In this document: piece after piece, positions 20,931-33,463 of the stretch
Numbering within the stretch: position 1 is the stretch's first letter
Layout of the letters: every line of letters starts with the position of its first letter
Assembly: GCA_000320545.1 (NCBI GenBank)
Contig: ADNK01000823.1
Location: 1-36,617, forward strand
DNA from: Bigelowiella natans CCMP2755
Lineage: Eukaryota; Protista; Cercozoa
Direction of reading: 5' to 3'
Length of the DNA: 36,617 bases
The notes under the pieces: model-generated
What the model saw: the letters and a program-made list of their open reading frames with translations, nothing else
What the model was told of the DNA's origin: nothing
Databases searched by the model: none
Program-made: the position numbers and the translations under genes

Positions 20931-23900
20931 TTCACCTGATCTATGATCGGGTTCTTGCTCCTAAGACGCTGTCGGCTCTTGGGGATGAAGACCTTCCTCT
21001 TCAATGCGGCCTTCATCGCGCTGCTACTACGGTTAGATAGAACGGACGCAAATTTCGCCGCGTTCGTCGTTGTCCTCTTCCTTTTGTTGGTGCTGCCGCT
21101 GGTGCTATTGCTCTCCCGCTGTTGTTCCTCTTGCTGCTGCTGAATCATAATACATATGTGAAGATATACGCATTCCAAGAGGCTCCGCGTGTGAGCAGGG
21201 CCGGTCGCCGTGCTGATGCCCCTCTTCTCCTTTTCTCCTCCCCCTTGCTCCTCCTCCTCCTCCTCCTCCTCCTCCTTGACGACTCTGCTTCCATCAACCA
21301 CCCTGCCACTACTACCACTACTACTCTGTTTCTGCTGTTTCCCGTCGCTATTTCTCTTCTTGTTGCTGTTCTTCTTTTCATTACAGTTCTCGTCACTGCC
21401 AGTTGTCCCCCCCCCTCTCTCTGAAGAAGGCAGCAGACCAGGCAGAAGACCTGTTTTGCCAAAGTCGCCAACACATTCTAAGTCGGCGTAGTCCCACATC
21501 ATCATCATTATATCATCCTGAGCCTCATCGAGCTCCTGCTTCTTGCCCCTACTCCTCCTCCTCTTCCTCTTCTTTTTCTTCCTCTTCCTTGAGGAGGGGG
21601 ATGAGGAGGAGGAGGTCCCTCTTTTACCAGTGTTTGCTCCTGCTGCCGCAAATACCGTTCCAAGCTGCGCGAGCAGCTGCTGCCATACAGCCTCGAATCG
21701 CTCCTGTTGATAACGCACACGCGCCATCATGTTTCGATGATGGGTAGAGGCGGCGAGGAGCCCCCCCTCCCCGCTTTGCAGTAAGCTGAAGACCGCAAAG
21801 CAGGAGAGCAAGCCGGTTGCGAGCTCCGTCTCCATGCGCACCAGCTTTGGGTTTCGAATGTGCCGACGACGACGGCGACGATGAGGAGGGGGAGAAGGAG
21901 ACGCCTTTCCTCCTTCTCCTCCTCGATGAGATCCCCTCTTCCGCCTACCACTACTTCTACTGCTACTTCTACTGCTACTACTACTACTACTACTAGTAAT
22001 GCTATCAGTAGTTGGAGTGGTGCTGGCTATTGCGCTTGAGAGGCCACGAACATGGCGGTGCAGCAGCGTCGTGAACGAGCATGCACAACTATACAACGCA
22101 GAGAGCGCCTTAATGCTGCCCGCCACGATTCTTCTTCGATCGCCGATGCCAATGGAGGACAGCGACAACGACGGGTTATTATTATTATTATTATTATTAT
22201 TATTGCTTCCCTTCTTCGGCCTTCCTCTCCTCCTCCTGTTTCTGCCTCCGCCCCCATCATCCAAATAATAGTTGTCTCCATCGTAGCTGCTGCTGGGACG
22301 AAGGAGGAGGAGGAGAAGTCTTCGCGCCTGAATCGATGCCTGGCCTAACACGCGCGCGTAGATTTGAAGAGGGCTGCGGTCTACTCGTCTCTGCTGCTGC
22401 TGCTGCTGCTGCTGCTTCTTCTTCTTCTTCTTCTTCTGGGTTTGTGGGGTATTGTTGGTGCACAACGCTCCTGTAGCTTTCTCCTCTTTCTTTCCTGCTA
22501 CCACCGACGATGATATAACGATTTCGACCTTCTTCCTCAGGTCTTGTTTGATATTGCTACTACTGCCACTGCCGCTGCGCTGCTGCTGATCCTCACGAGA
22601 TGGTGGTAATTTGGTGAAATTGCACCCACAAGTAGTGCAAATGAGCAGCCCGCTCCTCTCCTTTCCACAAGCAGGGCAGAAATCGGGAAGAAGAATGCGT
22701 TGTTTAGGGAGGGGTTCCACCTCTGTTCCTTCCCCTCCTCCTTCTCCTTTCTGCAGCACCAGCTGCTGCTTTGAGCACATCATCGTTGTGCTTCTTTCAT
22801 CATCGTCGTTGGCGACGTCATCAGCTTTCGATACAGCTGCTTCTTCTCTCGCCCTCCTTGTTTTCTCAGCCGTCGTCGTCGTCGTCGTTTTGGTTCTCCT
22901 TCGCCTTTTGACCGCTGGTATCATTTGTTTCGTAAGCTTTTCGGGCTGCTGCTGCTGCTGCTGCCTCTTCGTTTTCCTAGTTTTCTGCTGCATCTTGTCT
23001 TTCACCCGAATCGTTTGCCACGTGCCTACCCCCTTTCCTTTACCCTCCTTCGTCGTTTTCTTCCCCTTCATCTTCTTCTTCTTCTTCGCCGCCGCTGCTG
23101 CTGCTGCTGCCGCCGCTACTGCTGCTATCATTCCTTTGGTGCTCTGCTTCTTGTTCTTCGTCTTCCTACTCGTCTTCGGGCTCTTGGAGGGGGATGGTGA
23201 CGACGGCAACGAAGGTGGTGGAATTTGAACGACCGTGTTTTTACGGAATCGAGAAGCGGGTCTGATCTTACCCCACTTGGCGGTGTTGGCCACGATGAAC
23301 GCCTCCACGCTGCACTCGAATCTCTTGGCGATGGCCCTCGGAGTCTCGTTCTCCTTGCAGGTGGTGTAGTACTGAAGCTGCTGCTGCTGCTGCTGCTGCT
23401 GCTTGCGAGGACGTCCTCGAGTGCGTCGTCGTCTACCTCTGCGGCTATTACTCTGGCCAACATCGGGAACGTTGATACCCACCCGCTCTTCTACTTTTTC
23501 TTCTTCTTTCCCCCCCTCCTCCTCCTCCTCCTCGTCCTCCTCTTCTCCAGTTGTAGTAGTAGTAGTTGTTGTGGTAGCATCAGTGATCAGAGTCTTAACC
23601 TCCTTCTCATCATGCCCCTTCTTCTTCTCATCACCGTAGCCGTGTGCTAGGGAAGGGGAAGAAGGAGAAGAAGAAGAAGAAGAAGAGCCGGGTGGTGCTC
23701 GAGGCTCAGGGGGCGGCATGATCATCATCTTCTTGGCCCCATCATCATCACCACCACCACCACCATCGCAATCATCATCCGTTACCCTCTCGTCCTTGCC
23801 GTCTTCTTCTATTATAACCTCCATCATCATCAGCTTCTGTTGTTGCTGCAAGGCTATTGGATGTGCTTGGAGCTCTGCTGCATCTTTTACACAATCGGCT

Positions 23901-25628
23901 GAGATGGAAGAAAGAAGCACTTTCATCTCACCGAGCCCCTCCACCATCGCGACGCCATAGCAATCTGGCTCAAACCATACGGTAGGGGCAGCGGCGTTTC
24001 TTTTCTTCTTCTTCTTGTTCTTGTTCTTCCTGTTGTTGTTCTTGTTCTTTTTGCCTGAATGGCCGTCACATCGATCGTCGTCGTCGCTGCTATCGTCCCA
24101 GGGGAAGAAACGCTCCTTTGTAGCGGTCCCTGCCTTTCCCCTCTGGTGCTCTTTTGATCGAGGTGGTGAAGAGAGGCCTTTCATTCGGATTTGTTGTTTC
24201 GAATCAACCTGCTGCTGCTGCTGCCTCTTTTGTCCTTTCCGTGCGTCATGATGGTCGTCGTTGCCGTCGTCTTCACCAAGACATTGCTCAAACATCCGTG
24301 CAATGAGTGACAACTGAGAGGGAAGATGATGATAACAATGATAAGAATAATGATGCAATCAAACTAAGGAAAGAGTGAGATGCACGCCGCAAACACGACA
24401 ACCCGATCCCCCCCCCCCCTCTCCCTGTCCCTCCCCCTCCTTTCTTTCTTCGCCCCACCTTGTGTACGGAAGGCACCAAGCGCAGACATACCCTGAGGAA
24501 CCGGGAGACGACGTATCGATGTTTAATGCGAAACTCCTGCAGCATCCAAACCAGTCCGCAGCAGATCGCCTTACCTTGTCGCGGCGTCAGGTTCCCCTCC
24601 CACTCCCGGTACCGACTTGCTTTCAGACGCTGCTGCACCTCGTAAGGGGAGAGGTCATAGGCGGGAGAACGAGCAAGGGAAGGGGTGGGAGGAGGAGGAG
24701 GAGGAGAAAAGCTCCGCCGGTGCTGCCAATTTAGCGTGAGGTCGTCGAGGAGACTGATGAAGGCCTTCATCATAGGGAGTGTTGTTCCGTCGGCCATTTC
24801 GGATTTCAGCTGCTCAACCACGTACACAGCGAGAGAGCCTGTGCTGCTGCTACTGCTGCTACTGCTAAGGTCACACCACTTCACCGAGGAGGGCAGCTGC
24901 AGTCCCCCGAACAACGACAAAGAAGGCTGCTGCTGCTGCTGTTTGTGACTGTGCGCGGTGGCCACAGAGTTGTTCCTCTCCCTCCTCATCCTCCCCCCCC
25001 TCCTCCTCGTCGTCGTCTTCGTGATGTAGTCACCAATCAGGCGGGAGAGGAGTCCCCAGGCCTTAGCCCTGACGACGTGGATGATGGATAGATACTGGAC
25101 GGGATTTGTGTACTCGACGGCCAGGTTGTGCACGGGGGTGGCAGCGACAGGAAGCTGCGATCTGACGCGGGCTCTTATGCTTGTCGCGAGTTGCCTTATC
25201 AAAGACTGGTGGTCATAGCTCAACCAGAGACCTCGCCCACGGAGCCGCCTCTCGCTCTCCGCTTGCTCCCTAGCGCGACTTCTTCTTCTTCGCTGCTGGG
25301 AGGAGGGGGTCTCCAAGGATGGTGACGACGACGACGATGATGAAGAGGAGTAACCGAAAGAGGAGGAGGAGGAGGAGGAGGAGGAGGAAGAAGACGACGA
25401 CTGTGGAAGGCAAGACGACGGGTATATGATTAGAGATGATCGGTAAAGGGGAATCAATCGTCGAAGGGCTTTGACTAAATTCGTGATGTGAGTACAATCA
25501 TTCTCCTTACTACGACGACGAAAAACGAATGCATGGGCACTGGTGTTTGTTGTTGTTGTAGTAGTGATGTTAAAAAGTAAAAAGAGCTACATTGATTGTC
25601 TTCCATGTTGTCCAATTCGTTTAATTGT

Positions 25629-25663
<35 letters not shown>

Positions 25664-25668
25664 CCTCT

Positions 25669-25710
<42 letters not shown>

Positions 25711-28700
25711 TACATGTAAGTAGGACGTACATCATCGCTGTCTCCGTCGCTATGACTGTGCTCTTTTCCTCCTTCTCCTTGCTTCTTCCCATTGTGTTTA
25801 CTCTTTCCTCCTGTCGCTGTTGAGGACTCTTCTTCGCTGCTGCTGCTGCTGCTGCTACTACTGCTGCAATCGTCGGCATCATCTTCAGCTTCTCCGGCTG
25901 CTGCTTTAGAGAGCTGTGTTCTCTTCTTCCTCCTCCTCCTCCTCTTCTTCTTCTTTTTCCCACGTGCAGCACCATCCCCACCACCTCTACTACCGTCATC
26001 AGCAGCTGGTAGCGGGGGGGCAGTGAGCGCAAGAAAGTCCAGCACGGCTCTGACGGCCCTTCTCACATCATCGTCAGCATCATCATCGTAAGCAGCAGCA
26101 GTAGTAGTAGTGGTAGTAGTATTTGGATGCTGCTGGTGCTGCTGCCTTTTGGATGTTTTCAATGATGAAGAAGACGACGAAGAAGACGAGGAAGAAGAGG
26201 CCGTGATGCTGTTGCTGTTGTTGTTGTTGTTGTTGTTGTTGGCGTCGCTCGAGGGATGATGAACTTCGGATGAGAATAATAACAATGTGGTGGTGAGATC
26301 GTCGTCGCCGTCGTCGTCCTCACCTATTGAATACTCATCCCCACCTCCTCCCTTCTCATTGCTGCTGCTGCTGCTGCTGCTGCTAATGTCTCCAAAGCGA
26401 TCGATAAGTAGGTCGAGAATGTGCTCAACGGCCTGCAGAGAGAGGGCCGTTCTTCTGGGCTTTTTCCTCCTCTTCCCATCATCATCATCATCTACAACAT
26501 CATCATCATCATCTTTGGCCGTGCTGCTGCATTTGCTTCTTCTCATGCCACTCTCGTCGTCATCATCACCACCCCCTTCCTCCCGCAAGCTGGCTCGGTG
26601 CGGGGCGCGACGGCGGAAGGGCTGCACACGTCGTTTGAAGCCGACACCGTTCGGGTCATCGCAGCCGTCGTTACCGATAAGAGGACCATGCGCTAATGAG
26701 TAATTAAAACCTTCCAGCAAGGTGAGGAGAGCCGGTTTCTCCAGCGAAAGGCCGCGGCAGCTGAAGCCAGGCAATGAGCTTTCCAGGATCTCTGCGACCA
26801 TTTGTTCTTGCTGCTCGTCGTCGCCATCGTCGTTGTCTCCATCGTCGTCGGCGGTCGCGACGGCTCGAGGAATGGCGGCAGAGAGATTCTTCATCAACGT
26901 GCAAAGCTCAAACATGCAGGTTGTTGCTCCAAGAACCTCGACCGCGGAGGACAGGGAGGAGGAGGATGGCGATTCTGCTGCCTCTGAAGCTGCTGCTTTG
27001 CCGTTGCTTCTTTCGCACACACTTGACGGAACGCTGCTGGCATTTCCTGGATGTAGTGCTTGTGATAGCGACGATGATGAAGGAGGAGAGGTGGTCTTCT
27101 TGTTATCGTCGTCGTTGTTGTTCGTCGTTTCGGCGCAATCCATTTTCATGTCATGAGCAGCAGCATCGGTCGTCGTTGTCGTCTTCGTCGCCATGATCGT
27201 GTTGGTAGTCTCAGGAGGTAAATGAACGCCCATCTTGCGGGCATCCTTGTGCAATTGCTGAAGCTTCTTCCACCCCCTTACCCGCGTCGGCTTCTTCTTC
27301 TCCGTAACTGCCTTCCCGCCCCCTGTGTTATATCCTTTCTCATCTGTGTAATAAGAAGCGGGTGGGGAAGAGATTGCCGCCGATTCCTCCACCGCACCAT
27401 TCCCCATCGTGTTGTTGTTGTTGTTGTTGCTGCTGCTACTGCCATCAACACCATCATCATTGTTGTTGCCATTGTCCTTTCTGAGAATGAAATCGAGGAT
27501 GGATACGACGAGGGGGCCCTCCCGGAGGAAGTGTGAAATAGCGAGGTAGTAGAGAGGGATGAGCAGGGCAAGGCGCGCTGACAGCGCAACCTGCCTCTTT
27601 ATCCCCCGCCACGCTCCTCCTCCTCCTCCTCCTCCTTCCTCCTCCTCCTCCTCTTCGTCTTCGAGATTGCTTGGCAGTAGCAAGCCGAGCATGCGAAGGG
27701 TGTTGCGAACGGGGTCATCATCGCTATCGCCGTTGTATTCGTCGTGACGCCGCCGCCGGCGACGACGATGGTGATGATGATCGCTGCCGGCGAGCGTCCT
27801 CCTCTTCCGCCCCTCTACACAACGTCGCAGTAGCTCCGTGATCGACGCCGGGTGTTGGGGTGGGGGGTGAGAAAGGGCTTGAGGGGAAGTGCCTTCACCA
27901 TAGTTGCCGTGCTGCTGCTGCTGCTGCTGGTGATGGTGGTGATGAGGATGATGAGGATGATGAGTTGTCGCAATGGTGGCTAGGCAGAAACTACTGCTAT
28001 TGCTGTTGCCTGACAAGGCACTGGCGGTGAGGAAGCCATGCAGGGTATTTATTGATGCTGCTGCTGATGATGATGCTGCTGATGATGATGATGATGCAGC
28101 ACAGCGTAGTACGGAAGCTGGGATCAGGTCGAGAATGACAGCAATAACCGTTTGGAGAGACGATAAAGATGATGATGATGATGATGATGATGGTGGGGCC
28201 TGGTGCTGCGGCGACGAGAATGAGGGAGCATGAATAGAAGGAGTGGGAGCGAAGGAGATGGAAGATGACGAGGAAGAGGGAATACCATTCATCGTTGCCG
28301 CTGCTACCGCTGTTTCAAGCGACCAGATTGCATGCAGCAGAACCGAGGGATCTTCGCGCAGGATGAGCCGTCCGCTATCCACCTTATAACACCGACGAAG
28401 AAAGTTGCTTGTGATTCCCTTCTTCCACGACCAAGTGCGCCACCCTCCCCGTAAATGCTGCTGGTGGTGGTGTTGTTGCGTGCGCCATGGCATTGCCGCC
28501 TCCTGGGTTTTGTCTGCCCACCTCCCCATCTCCATTTTGCTGCTGCTCCCCCTCCTCCCTTTCTTGCTACTACGACTATCATCATCAGAGAACCGCCTCT
28601 TTGCTCCCCACTCCTCTCCGCTTCCTCCTCCTCCTCCTCGTCGTCTCCTCCTCTGGTCAATGAGTTTCTTCTCCCTCTCGTCCTCCTCTTCGAGGTGGGA

Positions 28701-28812
28701 GAGTCGGCCGCACACAATGCTCCTTAGCCATCGGATGGTGTCCCAGCTGATGATCACTCTAGAGCTGCATATTGCCGCAGTACGACGCGTTGTTGGAAGT
28801 CCCTCCTTATTA

Positions 28813-28848
<36 letters not shown>

Positions 28849-30654
28849 TCATTATTCTTCCGGAGCAGGAGCAGCCTATGCTGCAGCAAGCACATCCTCG
28901 CAAGCCTCATCAGCAGCCGTGTGCGCACAGGCACCTGGAAGGCAAACGCGGGGCGGAGCGCCACCCGGAGGTCCGCCTCCCGGTCGCTGTTCGCGGCGAG
29001 CCGCGCCATACAGAGCATCTCGCACAGACCCAGGATGGCAAGCGGCCGCTTCGGCGGATGGCGGAGCATTTTCAAGTGGGCCGTGTACGCCGCGTCGTAG
29101 AACCCCGTGCTGACACGCGCCAGGGGGAGGAGAGCTCTGATGGACGCTCTGGCGGCCCCGTGGGACATGGATGATGAGGTTGACAAGAGGAAGGACTTCA
29201 CCTGCGGCAAACACCTCGCGACCAGGTGAGCGTGGCGCCGCACCAGCAGAGACAAGGCTTCGCAGTAGTTACGGTGCAAGCGAGGGGGGAGGGCATCCTG
29301 GAGAGCACTAAGAATGGACCCAACGACGGCCCGCCTACCACCACCCCCGCTGTTAATATTATTGTTATTATTGTTATTGCCTGCTGCTCCGAGCAGGAGT
29401 CGCTCTAGGATGCACATCGCCATCCTTCGGCACCACAACGACGACGAGAGGTGGTAGCAGCTATCGATATTAGTACTAGTACTACTACTACTAGTAGTAG
29501 TATCTCCCGGGAAGGCGGAGAAGGAGCAGGAGGAGGAGTTAACAATCAGACGCTTAGTTCTTGCTGTACGCCTTCTCTTTTTTCTTTTCCTTGCCATTCC
29601 TGTGGCTGCTGCTCCTCGCGGGCGCCTCGATCCGAAGTCGACTGCTACCTCGTCTAATCCCCCCCGCTCCTGTTCTCCAACCTCCTCCTCATCATCCCCC
29701 TCCTCCTCCTCCTCCTCCTCCTCCTCCTCGTCCTCCTCCAACTTGGACAAGGCCATATGGAGGAGAGGGTTGAATCGCTGCTGCTCGAAGCCGTCCACCC
29801 CAATCAACAAGCCCCATGCACGGGAAGCAGTGGCTAGCCCCTCCGACGTGTGCGGTAAGACCTTCCCGAGGTACCGGAACAGTAGAGCGGATGCGGTCTT
29901 CTGCAAAGACTTGACCGTGGAGAGGAGGAGTAGGAGATTAAGATTCACAGCAAGCTGATGCTCAGTCAATAGTGAAGGTGAAGGAGGGCAAAGGGAAGTG
30001 CTTTCTTCTTCATTATCATCATCATCCTCTTCTTTTCCTAGCACCAGAGGGGCAGTAGTAGTAGTAGTAGTAGTAGTAGTAGGAGCTGAGGCACCGCTAT
30101 CGCCCTGAGCATCACCACAACAACCAGAATCGCTCGCACCCCCCTCCTTTCCCGTTCCTGCTTTACCAGTGGCCTTCTCTTCCGCCGCCATCGCGGTCGT
30201 CGTCGTCGTCCTCCTCCTCCTCCTCCTCCGCATCATCATGACCTGGGACTCGAAGTAGTGGTAGAGGGCCGCGCAAACCTGAGAGCTATGATCGACCGAG
30301 TGCTGCGTGACGAGAATGGCGTTGGCCAGTGCGCTCCTGGGGCATCGCTCCAAGACGCTCCGGAGGCACTCGATCCACACATTGCCGACGGATGACACTG
30401 CTTCCACCATGCTGCCGTTGGGGGAAGAACAGGAGGAGGGAGAGCAGCCGTTGCCGCCTATGGAATACGTCCACCATGCGTCCTCGTCGCGCCTTTCCTC
30501 GCCCGTATTGATGCTGGACGGGGAGTTGGTGCAGAAGTGCAGCACGTTGCGCGTGAGGCCGACGAATGCCGAATCTGGGAGGATCTTGGAATCTAGTATC
30601 CAGATGATCTTCCTTTGGACACGAAGAGCCTACGTCGTGAGAAGTGCAGAAAGG

Positions 30655-30710
<56 letters not shown>

Positions 30711-31329
30711 AGAACAGGGGAAGAAGCCTGTTAGCTGTAAACAAATTCGTATTTTGCATATTTTTGTGCTCAAAGAATGTGCGTGCGTGAGGAGGAAGAT
30801 GGAGACATTCAGTAAGAAAACAACGCATCACCGCCTCCACCACCATCACAGGTAGTTTTATTATTCTATCATCACCTGGTCTATTGTGAGGGACATCGAG
30901 GAGAGCACAGAGGTTATATTCAGGATGTTGCGAGAATAATACAGGGAGCAAGATGAAGGAGAGGAGGGAGGAGAAGAAGGCTGCTGCTGGTTCTGCTGTG
31001 TAAACCACGGCATCTTGATTATTTCATCGATGCACGTGCGCCGAGACGTTGTCGTCAGCCTATTCGTTGCCTTTTGGTCGCCGCCATGTTGCGATGATGC
31101 TGCAACTTTGTTGTGGCCTCCTCCTCTTCCCCCTCCCCCTCCTCCGTATTCCATATCCATGTCCAGCTCAGACTACGTACGAGAAAAGAAGAAGATGAAG
31201 AAGAAGAAGAAGAAGAAGAAGAAGAAGAATGAGTGTTTGTTTCAGCCGTGCAGGAGCAGGAAGAGGAAGAGGAGTGGCAAGGGTTAGTAGGGAAAACGTA
31301 AGAAAGTGAGAGTAGTAGCCTTAATAGCA

Positions 31330-31400
<71 letters not shown>

Positions 31401-32142
31401 TGGCTGGGCGACTGACTGACCATTGTAAGCGTTATGCCATCAAGGACCGTGGGTATGAGCTCAAACACAGAGCCATCGCCGCCACCTCCATGGTGCTGGT
31501 GACCCTGTTCCCTGCTATCATGCCAGTGGTGTGCAGACGACGAAATGACGTCCTTAACCAACTGCTCTATCTTGCTGAGTCCAGCAGCAGCAGTGTCAAT
31601 GGAAGGTGAAGGATCACTGGAGCCGCTACTGAAGTCCTTCTTATCCTCCTCCTCCTCCTCTGCCCCACCATCTACTCTTCCACTACCATGCCTCAATTGT
31701 AGCCCGTGGATGATGTTCCGCACCAGAATCGACAGGCGTTTATGTCGCTCGCTGTGTATACATTGCAATAAAAGAAATCAGAATCCTTACCACCACCATT
31801 CGCATCCTCCTCCTCCTCCTCCTCCTCCTCCTCCTCCTTGTCATCATCATTATCATCATCATCATTATCATCATCACACTACAGTTGGGCGTTGAATCAA
31901 CCGAGCATGAAGGGATCGATCGAGAGATATGGCCTTGACCACGTGATGCATCTCTGCAAGGCACAGCATCGCTATCCTAGTCTTGAGGGACCCGCTATGG
32001 AACACCCAAATCTGCAGCAGCAGCAGCAGCAGGAGAAGAAGAAGAAGAAGAAGAAGAAGAAGACGGCAAATTCAAGGATGGGAGCGTATTTATTTATCAT
32101 CCCCCATTCATCCCAATACCTCCACCTTTTCGTCTCCCTTTA

Positions 32143-32198
<56 letters not shown>

Positions 32199-32488
32199 TT
32201 ACACACATTTATATATGCGCTTTTACACTTAAGAATGTTGTACGTACCAGGGCGAGTAAGATGGGGGTTTGCGTCTCCTGTATGTTTAGCAGTGGTTTCA
32301 GAAGCGCTATGAGGCTCTGACTGCCACCCCCTCCTCCTCTTCCACAAGCCCGTTCAATGACCTCCCTAATCACAGCCCGCAGCCCATCCTCGTCTGCCAA
32401 TTCAGCTGCTACGGCTTTTAATTTGCGACGGTCGCCAACCTTCCATCCTTCCGTGAGTCGCTGTGAGGAAGGGGGGTGGAGAAGACAT
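20560..32488 (-). CDS. FANCI: Fanconi anemia group I protein (FANCI)-like, greatly expanded by low-complexity inserts (more than 3400 aa)
   Basis: Helical blocks match FANCI in order: SVFELIPTVL; ILNITSVLSSMSLT; EALSLLVRRHAHLVARCLPQVK...LLPLARVSTGFYDAAYTAHLKML; LRPAFAFQVPVRTRLL; LILREDPSVLLHAI; KALSALYSC; MARVRYQQERFE. The large ORFs 25587-30545, 24288-25457 and 20927-24358 join through phase-0 GT-AG introns. The last exon ends ...DLEDWIVPDDVDPYL* at 20560. The start codon is uncertain. Confidence 0.75.
22616..22681 (-). other. C4 zinc ribbon inside the FANCI-like protein
   Basis: FCPACGKERSGLLICTTCGCNF has the pattern CxxCG...CxxCG. Confidence 0.7.
23219..23371 (-). other. LysM-like domain inside the FANCI-like protein
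   Basis: YYTTCKENETPRAIAKRFECSVEAFIVANTAKWGKIRPASRFRKNTVVQIP fits the LysM consensus YxVxxGDTLxxIAxxFxxxVxxLxxxN...G..LxIP. Confidence 0.7.
25631..25708. repeat. (CT)n-(CA)n microsatellite in a FANCI intron
   Basis: Directly visible. It produces the spurious CVCVCV/ERERER tail of the 1652-aa ORF. Confidence 0.95.
31335..31400. repeat. (AC)n-(AT)n microsatellite in a FANCI intron
   Basis: Directly visible. Confidence 0.95.
32145..32197. repeat. (AC)n microsatellite in a FANCI intron
   Basis: Directly visible. Confidence 0.95.
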
Positions 32489-33463
32489 CTCACTTCAGTG
32501 ATGGAAGGTAATTACTTCTCTTAGAGAATGCAAGCTTGTGTTGATGCGGTGGATGGCATAGCACACAAAGCCGCCGATTCATCGGATGTAGTGCACGCGT
32601 CCAGCGTGCTAGCACGCTCGCGTGCCCGCACCCAGCCCGCTTCCCAAATTCCCGTCGTAAGCTACGAGCTCTATCCTTACCTGGCAAAGTTGCTTCCCAT
32701 AGACTCTGGAATTTCCATCGCCTCCGTCCCCGTGCAAGGGGTCGGGGTTTCGGGTAAAACTTCTCATAGCCAGGGCGCCATTTGGTAGCGCGTCGTATGA
32801 GACTTAAGTGTACTAAATCACATCCACGATTTGTCCGAAACATATGCGGTTTTTGGTCAAAATGAGCCTAACCATAATGTCTCAGATTCCTGTTTATCCC
32901 GATCTGGGGACCGTTGAAAGCCGACGGGTTCAAATTTGTTTCCCGCCAAAAGGCCAGCCGGCTCAGCCGCACGTTAGTCCGAATTTCATCGGCCGAACAT
33001 CCCATCGTGACGTTCCATCCAGATTCCAAATTTCCGTCAATTTTCCATGCTGGAAACATCCATCGGAACCGCATCGTGGTGCTTCCAACCGAAGAGCTTC
33101 ACGCTCTCAAGACAACAACGGCGAAACCAGCATTATGATCGGCGAATTCGGGAATGCGCAGGTGTGCGACAACAAATTTCGTTGTCGCACGATGTAATTG
33201 ACACCTGTTCGTTGGTGCGACGGTACGACTTACTTTCTCCCCGAGGATCAATTTCGAATAAGGGCCCCCTGCCCTGAGCGTCCCGTTCACCAGGTCAGAA
33301 GCCTCTGCGCCGAGCATTCCGGTGCGTGCGATAGTATCCCATCGTATGCAGTGATTTAAATCTGTGCCCAACATTTCCTCTGTCTACTTCGCGAAGCGGG
33401 GGTTGGATGGTGATGTTCTCACTGATTTCCATCACATACGATTTTGGCAGCGTCTCGGGTGGT
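32489..33463. promoter_or_regulatory. Putative bidirectional promoter, FANCI / UTP4
   Basis: About 975 bp between divergent starts, free of microsatellites, with many CCGA/TCGG words. Positional inference. Confidence 0.45.

Noticed and set aside
21100-31300. Many plus-strand ORFs over the FANCI gene
   Set aside because: Antisense shadows of stop-poor trinucleotide repeats.
32490-33374. ORFs of 68-117 aa in the FANCI/UTP4 spacer
   Set aside because: No recognisable domain or coherent splice pattern. A small gene or ncRNA cannot be fully excluded without expression data.
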